The position numbers and the translations under genes are program-made. From NCBI GenBank assembly GCA_964472655.1, contig CAYYLQ010000004.1:1912-65911 (forward strand): a stretch of DNA of 64,000 bases, given 5' to 3'. The notes under the pieces were generated by a model, which ran no database searches, was not told the origin of the DNA, and saw nothing but the letters and a program-made list of their open reading frames with translations. This DNA comes from an uncultured Nitrospirales bacterium (GTDB taxonomy: Bacteria; Nitrospirota; Nitrospiria; Nitrospirales; NS-4). Below, piece after piece: positions 45,476 through 54,861 of this stretch. Within the stretch, counting starts at the first letter, position 1. Every line of letters starts with the position of its first letter.

Positions 45476-46185
45476 TACCCCAGGGCCTCCGCGATGTTCC
45501 CGAGCATGTTGGTCACGTAGGTCCGCTCGGACAGCAGGCCGCGCATCTCCTTCAGAGTTTGCTCTTTCTGGGCCGAGTGGGCCTGGTCGTGCGAGTGTTT
45601 GTCGATCAGCCGGTCCCAGATCTGGAAGAGTTCGGCCAGGCGGCTCTCCAGGGCTGTCCGTTTGGCGTCCAGGGTTTTTCGGGCAGTTTTCAGCAAGTCC
45701 GTGGCGCGCGCGGCGGCGGCGTCATTCTGGGACTTGGCCGTCTGGAACTCTTCCAAGTGCTCCTGGATCTCCAGGATCGTTTCAAAGAGGTCGGCGGGCG
45801 CTTTCCCCGGGATGTCCTTGGCGGCGCCGGCCTCCAATTGCAAAAGGTATTCCACACGCAGGATCGGGTCCTTCAGCGTCCGATAAGCCTGGTTGAGGAT
45901 GGCGGAATTGGCGAGGCTGACGGCCCGTTCCATCTCCGATTTGCCCTCGTAGAAGTCGGGATGGAAGACGCGGCTCAGCTCATAGAACTTGCTCTCCAAA
46001 GACGCGGTGTCGATGCTCAATTTCCGGGGGAGCCCCAAGCACGTGAAGTAGTCGATGTCTTTCGACAGGGGCTGGACCTTGACGCACTGACCGCAAAAGT
46101 ATTCGCCGCCGACGTCGGACTCGCAATGCCAGCACATGCTGCGCGCCATGGGCACCACGGGCAGCTCTTTCTTTTTGGTTTCCAT
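45475..46185 (-). CDS. hscB: Fe-S co-chaperone HscB (J-domain) with N-terminal tetracysteine module
   Basis: HPDFY J-domain motif. N-terminal CWHC-X10-CGQC. Start could be 46185, 46212 or the MARSM ATG. Confidence 0.85.
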   Translation of the reverse strand: METKKKELPVVPMARSMCWHCESDVGGEYFCGQCVKVQPLSKDIDYFTCLGLPRKLSIDTASLESKFYELSRVFHPDFYEGKSEMERAVSLANSAILNQAYRTLKDPILRVEYLLQLEAGAAKDIPGKAPADLFETILEIQEHLEEFQTAKSQNDAAAARATDLLKTARKTLDAKRTALESRLAELFQIWDRLIDKHSHDQAHSAQKEQTLKEMRGLLSERTYVTNMLGNIAEALG

Positions 46186-46273
46186 GCGGGGGTCCCGGCC
46201 CTCTAGACACAACGGGCATGGCCACCGAGTCCGGCCATGCCCCGTGCGCGTGCGTTTCCTGTGGAAGGTGCGG

Positions 46274-46627
46274 TCAGACGGAGAACGATTCTCCGCAGCC
46301 GCAGCTCTTGGCGGCGTTCGGGTTGCTGAACTTGAACTGGCCGCTCAACATGTCCTTCTGATAGTCGAGCTGGGTCCCTTGGAGGTAGATCGCGCTTTTC
46401 ATGTCCACGATGATCCGGATGCCCTCGACTTCGTAGGACTGATCATACGGACCCATCTCCGTATCGAAGTTGACGGTGTAGCTGAGGCCCGAACAGCCCC
46501 CGCCCTTGACGCCCAAGCGCAGCGCCGCCGAGCCCAATCCCTGGACTTCCTGGAGGCGTTTTACCTCCTGGACGGCGTTCGGCGTCAACGTCACGATCGG
46601 GGTGGTGGTTGCAGCGGTCTCTTCCAT
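46274..46627 (-). CDS. iscA: Fe-S cluster insertion protein IscA/HesB family
   Basis: C-terminal CGCGESFSV and an internal GGCSG motif. Confidence 0.9.
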   Translation of the reverse strand: MEETAATTTPIVTLTPNAVQEVKRLQEVQGLGSAALRLGVKGGGCSGLSYTVNFDTEMGPYDQSYEVEGIRIIVDMKSAIYLQGTQLDYQKDMLSGQFKFSNPNAAKSCGCGESFSV

Positions 46628-46645
46628 AGCGGTGCGTGCCTCCCG

Positions 46646-47068
46646 TTACTTTGTCGCCTTGGCGGCGGCAGTCTCCGCCTGAGGCGTGCCGGTCGACGCT
46701 TTCTTCTTGTAGTCTTCCAGCGCGGACTTGATGGCGTCCTCGGCCAAGACCGAGCAGTGGATCTTCACCGGCGGCAGGTTCAGCTCCTGCACGATGTCGG
46801 TGTTCTTGATCTTGTACGCCTCTTCGACGGTACGGCCCTTGAGCCATTCCGTTGCCAGACTGGAGCTGGCGATCGCGGAACCGCAGCCGAAGGTCTTGAA
46901 CTTGGCGTCCACGATGACGTCGTTCTCGACCTTGATCTGCAGCTTCATCACGTCGCCGCACTCCGGGGCGCCCACGATCCCGGTCCCTACCTGCTTGTCA
47001 TCCTTCGGCAGGCTCCCCATGTTGCGCGGGTTATTGTAATGGTCGATGACTTTTTCGCTGTATGCCAT
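46646..47068 (-). CDS. iscU: Fe-S cluster scaffold IscU
   Basis: MAYSEKVIDHYNNPRN, GAPECGDVM, GCGSAIASSS, LPPVKIHCS. Confidence 0.95.
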   Translation of the reverse strand: MAYSEKVIDHYNNPRNMGSLPKDDKQVGTGIVGAPECGDVMKLQIKVENDVIVDAKFKTFGCGSAIASSSLATEWLKGRTVEEAYKIKNTDIVQELNLPPVKIHCSVLAEDAIKSALEDYKKKASTGTPQAETAAAKATK

Positions 47069-47082
47069 GATCCCTTACCCCC

Positions 47083-48297
47083 TTAATGCACAGCCCATTG
47101 TACGGATTTCAAATCAATCCCTTCCTTCGCCATCTCGTAAAGCGGAGACATCTCCCGGAGCCGCGTCACGGCCTCGACCATCCGCTTAGCCGTGTAGTCC
47201 ACTTCCTCATCGGTTGTGAACCGGCCGAGCCCGAACCGGATAGAGGAGTGCGCCAGGTCCGAACCTACGCCCAGGGCCCGCAACACGTACGACGGCTCCA
47301 ACGTGGCCGAGGTGCAGGCCGATCCGGACGACAGCGCGATTTCCTTGACGCCCATGAGCAGGGCCTCGCCCTCCACATAGGCAAAGCTGATATTGAGGTT
47401 GTGCGGCAGCCGCTCCGTCGGGTGCCCGTTGAGGTAGCACTCGTCCAGGCTTTTCATGATCTGGGTCTGGAGACGGTCCCGCATCGCCGCGATCCGCTTG
47501 CTCTCGGCCGGCATTTCCTGCTCGCAGAGCTCGCAAGCCTTTCCGAACCCGATGATCAGGGGAACGGGGAGGGTGCCGGACCGCATCCCGCGCTCGTGGC
47601 CGCCGCCGTCGATCTGGGGCACCAGGCGGACTCGTGGCCCCTTCTTCCGGACGTACAGGGCGCCGACGCCTTTGGGACCGTAAATCTTGTGGGCGGTGAA
47701 GGACATCAGGTCGACCTTGAGCGCTTCCACGTCCACGGGGATCTTGCCAACGCCCTGCGTTGCGTCGCAGTGCAAGAGAATGCCCTTTTCTTTTGCGATC
47801 TTCCCGATCTCGGCGATCGGGTGAATCGTCCCGATTTCATTGTTGGCCAGCATGATCGAGATGAGGATCGTCTTGTCCGTGATGGCTTTGCGGACCTCGT
47901 CGGGGTTGACCCGGCCATCCTTCTCGACCGGCAGGTAGGTGACCTTGATGCCGCGCTTCTCCAGCGACTTGCAGGTGTCCAGGATCGCCCGGTGTTCCGT
48001 GCTGCAAGTAATGATGTGATCGCCCTTCTCCTTGTACATTTCTACGACGCCCTTGAGCGCGAGGTTGTCCGATTCCGTGGCGCCGCTGGTGAAGACGATC
48101 TCCTTGGCGTCGCAGTGGATGAGCTTGGCGATCTGCTTGCGCGCACGTTCGACCGCCTCTTCAGCCTCCCACCCGAACTGGTGGTTGCGGCTGGCGGCGT
48201 TGCCGAACTTTTCGATGAAATAGGGCAGCATCGTCTCGAGAACCCTGGGGTCCATCGGAGTTGTGGAGTGATTATCCATGTAGAGCGGAAACTTCAT
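47083..48297 (-). CDS. iscS: cysteine desulfurase IscS
   Basis: PLP-Lys motif [12 protein letters not shown]. Active-site loop SSGSACTS. Confidence 0.95.
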   Translation of the reverse strand: MKFPLYMDNHSTTPMDPRVLETMLPYFIEKFGNAASRNHQFGWEAEEAVERARKQIAKLIHCDAKEIVFTSGATESDNLALKGVVEMYKEKGDHIITCSTEHRAILDTCKSLEKRGIKVTYLPVEKDGRVNPDEVRKAITDKTILISIMLANNEIGTIHPIAEIGKIAKEKGILLHCDATQGVGKIPVDVEALKVDLMSFTAHKIYGPKGVGALYVRKKGPRVRLVPQIDGGGHERGMRSGTLPVPLIIGFGKACELCEQEMPAESKRIAAMRDRLQTQIMKSLDECYLNGHPTERLPHNLNISFAYVEGEALLMGVKEIALSSGSACTSATLEPSYVLRALGVGSDLAHSSIRFGLGRFTTDEEVDYTAKRMVEAVTRLREMSPLYEMAKEGIDLKSVQWAVH

Positions 48298-48318
48298 CGC
48301 GTGGCTCCTTTAGGAAAT

Positions 48319-48774
48319 TTAAGTCCGATGGCTGAATAATCGAGCAGGCGACTCGACCGTAGCGGTGCTGAACGTGCTCATGTCTTCGATCGACATACTG
48401 TCGAGCAGGCTGTAGATGCTGTTTTGAACGTTGCGCAAAGGAGTGCGGATGTTGCAGCGCGCCATCTGCATACAATGAGAATCCTCATTATGGTAGCATT
48501 CGGTGATGCCGAGGTGTCCCTCGATCGCTTGAATAATGGAGAGCACCGAGATGCTGTCCGGCGATTTGGCCAGGATATACCCGCCTTTCGGACCGTTCTG
48601 GCTCGCGATCAGGCCCTTCTTCCCAAGTTTCTGGAGCACCTTGGCAAGGAGTTCGACCGGAATTTTGTACTCCTCGGCGATCTCCTTGGTATTGACCACC
48701 CGGTCGGCGCCCTTGGAGGCCATATATTGAATAGCCATCAGGGCGTAATCCGTCTTTTTGGAAAGTTTCAGCAT
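48319..48774 (-). CDS. iscR: Rrf2-family regulator IscR
   Basis: MLKLSKKTDYALMAIQYMA winged-helix N-terminus. Cys residues in the C-terminal half. First gene of the isc operon. Confidence 0.85.
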   Translation of the reverse strand: MLKLSKKTDYALMAIQYMASKGADRVVNTKEIAEEYKIPVELLAKVLQKLGKKGLIASQNGPKGGYILAKSPDSISVLSIIQAIEGHLGITECYHNEDSHCMQMARCNIRTPLRNVQNSIYSLLDSMSIEDMSTFSTATVESPARLFSHRT

Positions 48775-48923
48775 ATGAATGAGTCCGATTCAATCAGTCG
48801 GGGACTATTTATATCGGAGACCATCTTGGTCGGGTATAAATGTAACATCGCCGAAAGTGCTTGTCAATACAAATAATTTATATTATCTTTCAATGTCTTA
48901 AGAATTATAGGGGATCGCTGGTT

Positions 48924-50336
48924 ATGAGTCAAGTCCGAGTCCGATTCGCCCCTAGCCCGACAGGATACCTCCACGTTGGGGGAATCCGCACGGCTCTCTT
49001 TAACTGGCTCTTTGCCAGACATGAAAAGGGCGTGTTCATCCTCCGGATCGAAGATACGGATCGGGAGCGGTCAACGCCTGAAGCCATCCAGGCCATTCTA
49101 GACGGGCTGAAGTGGGTGGGGCTGGATTGGGATGAGGGACCGATCTACCAGACTGCGCGCCTTTCACTTTACAAGAATCACGCCGACCGGTTACTGGAGG
49201 AAGGGAAAGCCTATCTGTGCTACTGCGCGGAAGAAGAACTGGAGACCCGCCGGAAAGAGGCCCTGGCTCGGAAGGAGCTTCCCAAATACGATGGGCGGTG
49301 CCGGCGGCGGTCCGGCGACGCGCCTCCCGGCGTATCCCCGGTCGTCCGGTTCGTGTCGCCGCAGGAAGGACAGACTACGGTCCATGACCTGATCAAAGGA
49401 GACGTCACGTTCGACAACGCCCAACTCGACGATCTCATCATCATGCGGTCCAACGGGATGCCGACCTACAATTTCGGCGCGGTGGTGGACGATGCCCTGA
49501 TGACGATCACTCACGTCATCCGCGGCGATGATCATCTCAACAACACGCCCCGGCAGATTCTTCTGCATCGGGCCTTGGGGCATGAGCCGCCGCGGTTCGG
49601 CCACCTGTCCATGATCCTTGGGATGGACAAAGTGAAGCTATCCAAGCGGCACGGCGCGACCTCGGTGCTGGAATACCAGGAGGCGGGCTACCTGCCCGAG
49701 GCGCTTGTCAATTATCTGGTGCGGCTGGGGTGGTCGTACGGCGATCAGGAAGTATTCTCGATGCAGGAAATGATCGAAAAATTCTCGCTGGCGAACATCA
49801 CCAAATCGCCCGCCGCGTTCAATCCCGACAAATTGTTGTGGCTGAACGGTCAGTACCTGAAGACGACGGACACGAAGCGCGTGGCCGCGTTGCTGATTCC
49901 GTTCCTCCGGAAGCGGGGAGTGCTGAACGGACATACGCAGCCGGACCGAGTCTGGACCGAGAAGCTGGTGCTGGCCCTCCGCGAGCGGTCACAGACGCTC
50001 GTGGAGATGGCCGACAAGGCGGCGCCCTTCTTCCAGGAGGCGGTCACGATGGACCAGGACGCCGCGAAGAAATTTCTGACTGCGACGACGCAGCCGGCTT
50101 TCCGCAAGCTGGTCGCCGTGCTGGAGCGGGCGCCCGCATTCGAGCACGACGTGCTCGAGCAGGGCTTCAAGTCCGTGCTGGCGGAGACAGGCCTCTCGAT
50201 GAACAAACTGGCGCAGCCGGTGCGAGTGGCGCTCACGGGCGGGACCGTCAGCCCCGGCATCTTCGACGTGATGGTCTTGCTGGGCCGGGAGCGGACGCTC
50301 GCGCGACTCACGAAGGCCATTGACTTGATGCGGTGA
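48924..50336 (+). CDS. gltX: glutamate--tRNA ligase
   Basis: HIGH-type FAPSPTGYLHVGG and KMSKS-type KLSKRHG. I chose the internal ATG. Confidence 0.95.
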   Translation: MSQVRVRFAPSPTGYLHVGGIRTALFNWLFARHEKGVFILRIEDTDRERSTPEAIQAILDGLKWVGLDWDEGPIYQTARLSLYKNHADRLLEEGKAYLCYCAEEELETRRKEALARKELPKYDGRCRRRSGDAPPGVSPVVRFVSPQEGQTTVHDLIKGDVTFDNAQLDDLIIMRSNGMPTYNFGAVVDDALMTITHVIRGDDHLNNTPRQILLHRALGHEPPRFGHLSMILGMDKVKLSKRHGATSVLEYQEAGYLPEALVNYLVRLGWSYGDQEVFSMQEMIEKFSLANITKSPAAFNPDKLLWLNGQYLKTTDTKRVAALLIPFLRKRGVLNGHTQPDRVWTEKLVLALRERSQTLVEMADKAAPFFQEAVTMDQDAAKKFLTATTQPAFRKLVAVLERAPAFEHDVLEQGFKSVLAETGLSMNKLAQPVRVALTGGTVSPGIFDVMVLLGRERTLARLTKAIDLMR

Positions 50337-50372
50337 GCCACCGATAATGCTGCTATACCACGCGTCACAGGT

Positions 50373-50446
50373 TGGGGGATCGTCTAGTGGTAGGACGACA
50401 GACTCTGGATCTGTCTACCGAGGTTCGAATCCTCGTCCCCCAGCCA
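50373..50446 (+). tRNA. tRNA-Gln (anticodon CUG)
   Basis: TGGGGGATCGTCTAGTGGTAGGACG..., loop CTCTGGA, ...GGTTCGAATCCTCGTCCCCCAGCCA. Begins 36 nt after the gltX stop. Confidence 0.9.
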
Positions 50447-50462
50447 TCCTCCGCGCCCTCGC

Positions 50463-50888
50463 TTAATGGCCTTCCTTGACGAGGTTCTTGTTCCAGGCGG
50501 GGATCTCGATTTCGATATCAGTCGAGCCGTTCGGAACGCATTGGCAGCCGAGCCGGGAGTTTAGCGAGAGGTCCGGCGCTTCCTCGAGTTGATCGAGCTC
50601 GTCGTCCGTGGGCTCGTTGCAGGACTCCAGCCCCTTGACCACCTTCACGTGACAGGTCGAGCAGGCGCAGACCCCTCCGCAGGCATGTTCCAGGTCAAGG
50701 CCCGCGGCGCCTCCGTTCAGCGCGATGTCGAGGATGCTTCCCGGCAAGCCGGTTGGACCGTAGGGGAGCTTGGCGGGGTCCACTTCAAAGACGATTGAAG
50801 GCCCATCGGGTCTGTGAAACGTCACCTTATAGGGCTTTTGCGGCAGCTCTGCCGCCGGTTTTTCGATGTAGGGATTCGTTCCGCCCAT
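50463..50888 (-). CDS. fdx: [2Fe-2S] ferredoxin, adrenodoxin/ISC-Fdx type, with N-terminal extension
   Basis: CGGVCACSTCH...LGCQ cluster ligands. About 35 extra N-terminal residues. Confidence 0.8.
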   Translation of the reverse strand: MGGTNPYIEKPAAELPQKPYKVTFHRPDGPSIVFEVDPAKLPYGPTGLPGSILDIALNGGAAGLDLEHACGGVCACSTCHVKVVKGLESCNEPTDDELDQLEEAPDLSLNSRLGCQCVPNGSTDIEIEIPAWNKNLVKEGH

Positions 50889-50978
50889 GCGTGTTGTCCG
50901 CCTCGTTCATGCATCAGCAGGAGCTTTCTTTATATCAGGTGGGTATCTCGCAGCGCAAGCTGCACGCAGGACTGCACG

Positions 50979-51008
50979 TTGACAAGCTCGCGCCCTTTTC
51001 GTTAAGGT
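50979..51008 (+). promoter_or_regulatory. sigma70-like promoter of tRNA-Glu(CUC)
   Basis: TTGACA-N18-TAAGGT. The -10 ends 11 nt before the tRNA 5' end. Confidence 0.4.
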
Positions 51009-51019
51009 GCCGAGCCAGT

Positions 51020-51097
51020 GGTCCCATCGTCTAGCCTGGCCTAGGACGGTGCCCTCTCAAGGCATAAACACGGGTTCAAATCCCGTTGGGACCACCA
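51020..51097 (+). tRNA. tRNA-Glu (anticodon CUC)
   Basis: GGTCCCATCGTCTAGCCTGGCCTAGGAC..., loop CTCTCAA, ...GGGTTCAAATCCCGTTGGGACCACCA. Confidence 0.9.
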
Positions 51098-51165
51098 CTC
51101 CGAGCTAGCTGGACCGGCAGTTCGATCAAACCTGCAGGATATTCAATACCGAACCAAATGAGCCC

Positions 51166-51633
51166 ATGCCATCCCCCCAATACTGGTTGATGAAATCCGA
51201 GCCCACATCCTTCAGCTTCGACGCTCTGGTGAAATCGAAGGATTCGACCAACCACTGGGACGGCGTTCGGAACTACCAGGCCCGGAATTACATGCGGAAG
51301 ATGCGGGTAGGAGACAAGGTGCTGTTCTATCACAGCAACTGCGACCAGCCGGGCGTGGTGGGCCTCGCGGAAGTCGTGCGCGAGGCTTATCCGGACCATA
51401 CCCAGTTTAATCCGAAGGAAATCCACTACGATCCGAAGGCCAAGCGCGACCAGCCGATCTGGGACATGGTGAATCTGCGGGCGATCAAGCCGTTGCGAAA
51501 TCCGGCGACGCTGGACGCCCTGCGCAAAACGAAGGGGCTGGAGAAAATGGTCCTGCTTCGGCGAGGCAGCCGGCTTTCGGTTCAACCGGTGAGTCCGAAG
51601 GAGTGGGAGATTATCGTGAAGCTGGGAAGCTAA
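51166..51633 (+). CDS. EVE (PUA-like) domain protein
   Basis: YWLMKSEP...WDGVRNYQARNYMR...GDKVLFYHS motifs of the EVE family. 155 aa. Confidence 0.8.
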   Translation: MPSPQYWLMKSEPTSFSFDALVKSKDSTNHWDGVRNYQARNYMRKMRVGDKVLFYHSNCDQPGVVGLAEVVREAYPDHTQFNPKEIHYDPKAKRDQPIWDMVNLRAIKPLRNPATLDALRKTKGLEKMVLLRRGSRLSVQPVSPKEWEIIVKLGS

Positions 51634-52076
51634 GATTCTGGATTGCGAATGGAGAGAATTACGTCGGTGAGAGCCTTGATGCTGGGACGCTCGCTGTCTT
51701 CCAGCGCCAGTGCGACGTGGCTCTCGTCGCTGTGTGAGAGGCGCAGGCTCAGGAAGGTTTCGGTCTTGTTCGTCTCCTTGTTTTCCCACTGTCCGTCCAT
51801 CACCTGGACTTTATCAATGGCCTTGACGGCCACCGCGTCGTACCGGAAGTATTCTTCCCCGACCACGCAGTCGAAGAGATGGTTGCCGGCCGTGACGATC
51901 AACAGGTTAAATGCGCCCTGGTCTTCGTAGCCCTGCGGGATGTGCTTGTTGACATGGTAGGCCTTGACCGTGCGCTTTTTGATGGTGTCACGGACATGCT
52001 CGACGACAAAATCCAGGGAGATGTCTTTGTAATTCTTGAGAACGTCCTTCAGTCTGGCGATCAACTCGTTTTCCAC
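51630..52076 (-). CDS. hypothetical protein
   Basis: 148-aa ATG ORF with balanced composition. No motif recognised. Its 3' end overlaps the EVE gene's stop by 4 nt (convergent). Confidence 0.5.
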   Translation of the reverse strand: MENELIARLKDVLKNYKDISLDFVVEHVRDTIKKRTVKAYHVNKHIPQGYEDQGAFNLLIVTAGNHLFDCVVGEEYFRYDAVAVKAIDKVQVMDGQWENKETNKTETFLSLRLSHSDESHVALALEDSERPSIKALTDVILSIRNPES

Positions 52077-52223
52077 GATTTCTCTCCTTGAAAGGGTTCA
52101 GCGGCCTTCACTCTAACAGGGCACTCCGCTCATTGGCAAGCCGGTTTGCAAACAGCGCGATGTTTTTTTAGAATGAAGGTCGAAGGCGACCGTTTTCAAC
52201 CCACGAGAGAAGGGGGCGTACGA

Positions 52224-52835
52224 ATGATCGGATTAGCATGGCGGCGTTGGTTGTCGGGAGCGATGATTGCGGCGAGCCTGGTATGTCTGTCGACGGGACC
52301 GACCGGCGCGATCGACGTGGACCTTAATGAGGCCGCCGTCAAAAAAGCCGTCGAGGACGGGAAGCAGACAAAAGACGTCAAGACGCTTCCGACCAGGTTC
52401 GGCGTCGATCTCGCGAAGGACCTCTGCGGCGGCGGCGGGGAAATTCAGACCAAGACGGTTGGGCTCAATCGGTTGGGCGCCCTGATCGCAGCCGACCCCG
52501 AACGGGCGGAACGGGACAAGGAGCAGGTGGACGGCGCGATCAAGAAGACGGCGGAAGCGAAACGCCTGAAGATTGTTTTCGATTTTTGCGGCGACACAGT
52601 GGACTTCGCCGAGGGCTCCTCCGCGACGCTGGAACAGGGCGGCAAGATGGTCAAAGGGGAAATGGTCAAGCCGGACAAGGCCAAGAAGAACGAGAAGGGC
52701 CCGGCCTATCGCGGGAAAATCGCCGCGTCGTTTGCGTACGGCGCGTTCGATCCCAAAGCGCCCACCAAGATCACTCTCTTTCCGCCGATGGGCGATGCCA
52801 TGAGCTGGGAGGTTGATTTCTCCACGATCAAGTGA
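52224..52835 (+). CDS. secreted hypothetical protein
   Basis: ATG after GAAGGGGG. Signal-like MIGLAWRRWLSGAMIAASLVCLSTGPTGA. Lys/Glu-rich mature part. Confidence 0.5.
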   Translation: MIGLAWRRWLSGAMIAASLVCLSTGPTGAIDVDLNEAAVKKAVEDGKQTKDVKTLPTRFGVDLAKDLCGGGGEIQTKTVGLNRLGALIAADPERAERDKEQVDGAIKKTAEAKRLKIVFDFCGDTVDFAEGSSATLEQGGKMVKGEMVKPDKAKKNEKGPAYRGKIAASFAYGAFDPKAPTKITLFPPMGDAMSWEVDFSTIK

Positions 52836-54570
52836 GTTCCGTTCCCACCAGCCCCAGCCGGTACAGGTGAAAGTAGAGGCCTTTCTTGTCGAGGAGGGCG
52901 GCGTGGGTGCCCTCCTCGACAATCCGTCCCTTCTCCAACATTAAGATCCGGTCTGCCTTCTGGATCGTGCTGAAGCGGTGCGCGATCACGAAGGTCGTCC
53001 GTCCCTTCATGAGGCGGTCCAGGGCGTCCTGCACCAGTAACTCCGATTCGTTGTCGAGCGAGGATGTCGCCTCGTCGAGGATGAGGATCCGCGGGTCTTT
53101 GAGGACGGCCCGCGCGATAGCGATCCGTTGGCGTTGCCCGCCCGAGAGATTGATCCCTTTTTCCCCGACCAGCGTCCCGTAGCCGTCCGGCAGGGCCGTG
53201 ATGAAGTCGTGGGCGTTCGCCGCGCGCGCCGCGGCCACGATCTCCCCTTCGGCGGCGGAGACGCGGCCGTATCGGATGTTGTCCCGGATCGTGCCGCCGA
53301 ACAGGTGCGTCTCCTGCGGCACCAGCGCGATCTGCCCGTAGAGGCTCTGCGTCGTGACGGATCGCAGATCGTGGCCGTCGATGGCGACGGAGCCCGCCGT
53401 CGGGTCGTAAAACCGGTGGAGGAGATTGATCAGCGTCGTTTTGCCGGAGCCCGACGGGCCGACCAGCGCGACCAGCTCGCCCGGCCGGGCGCGAAAGGTG
53501 ATGCCGGTCAAGACCGGCGTGCGGCCGTCATAGGAGAAGCTCACGCCCTGCATGGACACGCGGCCTTCGACAGCGGGAAGCGGGCGCGCATCGGGAGCAT
53601 CGGCGACCGCGGATTGGGTGTCGAGGATTTCAAAGACCCGCTCCAGCGCGCCTTGGGCCTCTTTGACCTGGGAGAAAAGCCGCGCGAACGTTCCGAAGGG
53701 ACCAATCAGGAGACCCGCGTAGAGCACGAAGGCGATCAGGTCTCCTGGGCTCATCACGCCCTTGATCACCTGGGTGCCGCCGTACCAGAGCACCGCCGCC
53801 GCGGAGGCGAAGGTGGCGAAGGTGATGATCGGCACGAAGACCGCCATGATCCGCGCACGCTTGAGCACCATGTCCAGCGTGCGGCGGACCTGGGTTCCGA
53901 ACCGTTCCCGCTCGTAGTCTTCCCGCACAAAAGACTTGACCACCCGGATGCCAGACACGACTTCTTCCAAAATCGTCGAGGTGCGCGCGGTCTCGTCCTG
54001 AATGCCGGTGGACAGCGCTTTGAGGCGCCGGCCGAAGAAGCGGGCCACCAGCACGATGGCAGGGAGCAGGAACAGGATCAACACGCACAGCCGCCAGTTC
54101 ATGAAGAACAGGATGGCGAGACCGCCGACCAGCGTGACGAGTTGTTTGGCCAGGTCGATCGGGACCTCGGTCAGGGCGCTCTGCAGGGAGCCCACGTCGT
54201 TCATGAGTCGCGACATCAATTCGCCGGTTCGCCGTTTGGCGAAAAAGCTCAGCGAGAGGGACTGGAGGTGGTCGAACAGATGCGTCCGGAAATCCGCCAG
54301 GATACGCTGGCTTGTCGCGGCGGTCAGGTAGCTGTGTCCCATTCCGAGCGCGCCCTGGCAGAGGAACAAGGCGCCGAGTTCGGCGATGGCCATGTTCAGG
54401 GCGGCCGGGTCTCGTTGAACGAGCACTGTGTCCACCAGCCGGCGGATTACCCAGAGCATGGCCAGGTTGATCCCGGCAGCGCCCATGACGAGCAGGGCGG
54501 AGGCGGCCATGCGGCCGCGATACGGCCGGAGGTAGAGATAGAACCGACCGAACAGGGTGAAGCGGGACAT
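52828..54570 (-). CDS. ABC exporter, fused permease/ATPase (MsbA-like type I exporter)
   Basis: Six-TM N-terminal domain. GPSGSGKTT, LSGGQRQRIAIARA, ILILDEATS. Confidence 0.9.
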   Translation of the reverse strand: MSRFTLFGRFYLYLRPYRGRMAASALLVMGAAGINLAMLWVIRRLVDTVLVQRDPAALNMAIAELGALFLCQGALGMGHSYLTAATSQRILADFRTHLFDHLQSLSLSFFAKRRTGELMSRLMNDVGSLQSALTEVPIDLAKQLVTLVGGLAILFFMNWRLCVLILFLLPAIVLVARFFGRRLKALSTGIQDETARTSTILEEVVSGIRVVKSFVREDYERERFGTQVRRTLDMVLKRARIMAVFVPIITFATFASAAAVLWYGGTQVIKGVMSPGDLIAFVLYAGLLIGPFGTFARLFSQVKEAQGALERVFEILDTQSAVADAPDARPLPAVEGRVSMQGVSFSYDGRTPVLTGITFRARPGELVALVGPSGSGKTTLINLLHRFYDPTAGSVAIDGHDLRSVTTQSLYGQIALVPQETHLFGGTIRDNIRYGRVSAAEGEIVAAARAANAHDFITALPDGYGTLVGEKGINLSGGQRQRIAIARAVLKDPRILILDEATSSLDNESELLVQDALDRLMKGRTTFVIAHRFSTIQKADRILMLEKGRIVEEGTHAALLDKKGLYFHLYRLGLVGTELT

Positions 54571-54607
54571 CAGGAGGGTGGGACGGAGCGGCAGCGCTCC
54601 CGTGTCA

Positions 54608-54835
54608 CTAGTCGGCGAGGGTGATGGATTCGATCATGTTCTTGTTGAGGCAAACGAATTCCATCTCTTCCTTCGTATTCTGTATCCGCACGTCGGTAAG
54701 ATTGAGGAAGGTGTACTTCTCATCGTTGAAGTAATCGGACATTCGATTGCGCATGGCGGGCAGCAGGATGTCGCCGATGTAGACGGCCTGAGTCGTCCGG
54801 ACCCGGACGCGGACTTTTTTGCCATCGGTTGCCAT
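54608..54835 (-). CDS. small hypothetical protein (75 aa)
   Basis: ATG preceded by AGGAGG. Sits directly downstream of the bS22-like micro-ORF. No motif recognised. Confidence 0.55.
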   Translation of the reverse strand: MATDGKKVRVRVRTTQAVYIGDILLPAMRNRMSDYFNDEKYTFLNLTDVRIQNTKEEMEFVCLNKNMIESITLAD

Positions 54836-54861
54836 GGCTGAGCCTCCTTTCGAAGGCGCGC

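Noticed and set aside
48775-48923. The A+T-rich divergent iscR/gltX intergenic region might contain an IscR operator (AGTCGGGGACTATTTATATCGGAGAC) and a TTGTCA-N17-TATCTT promoter.
   Set aside because: I could not align it convincingly by eye to the type-1 IscR site I remember. It needs a proper motif scan.
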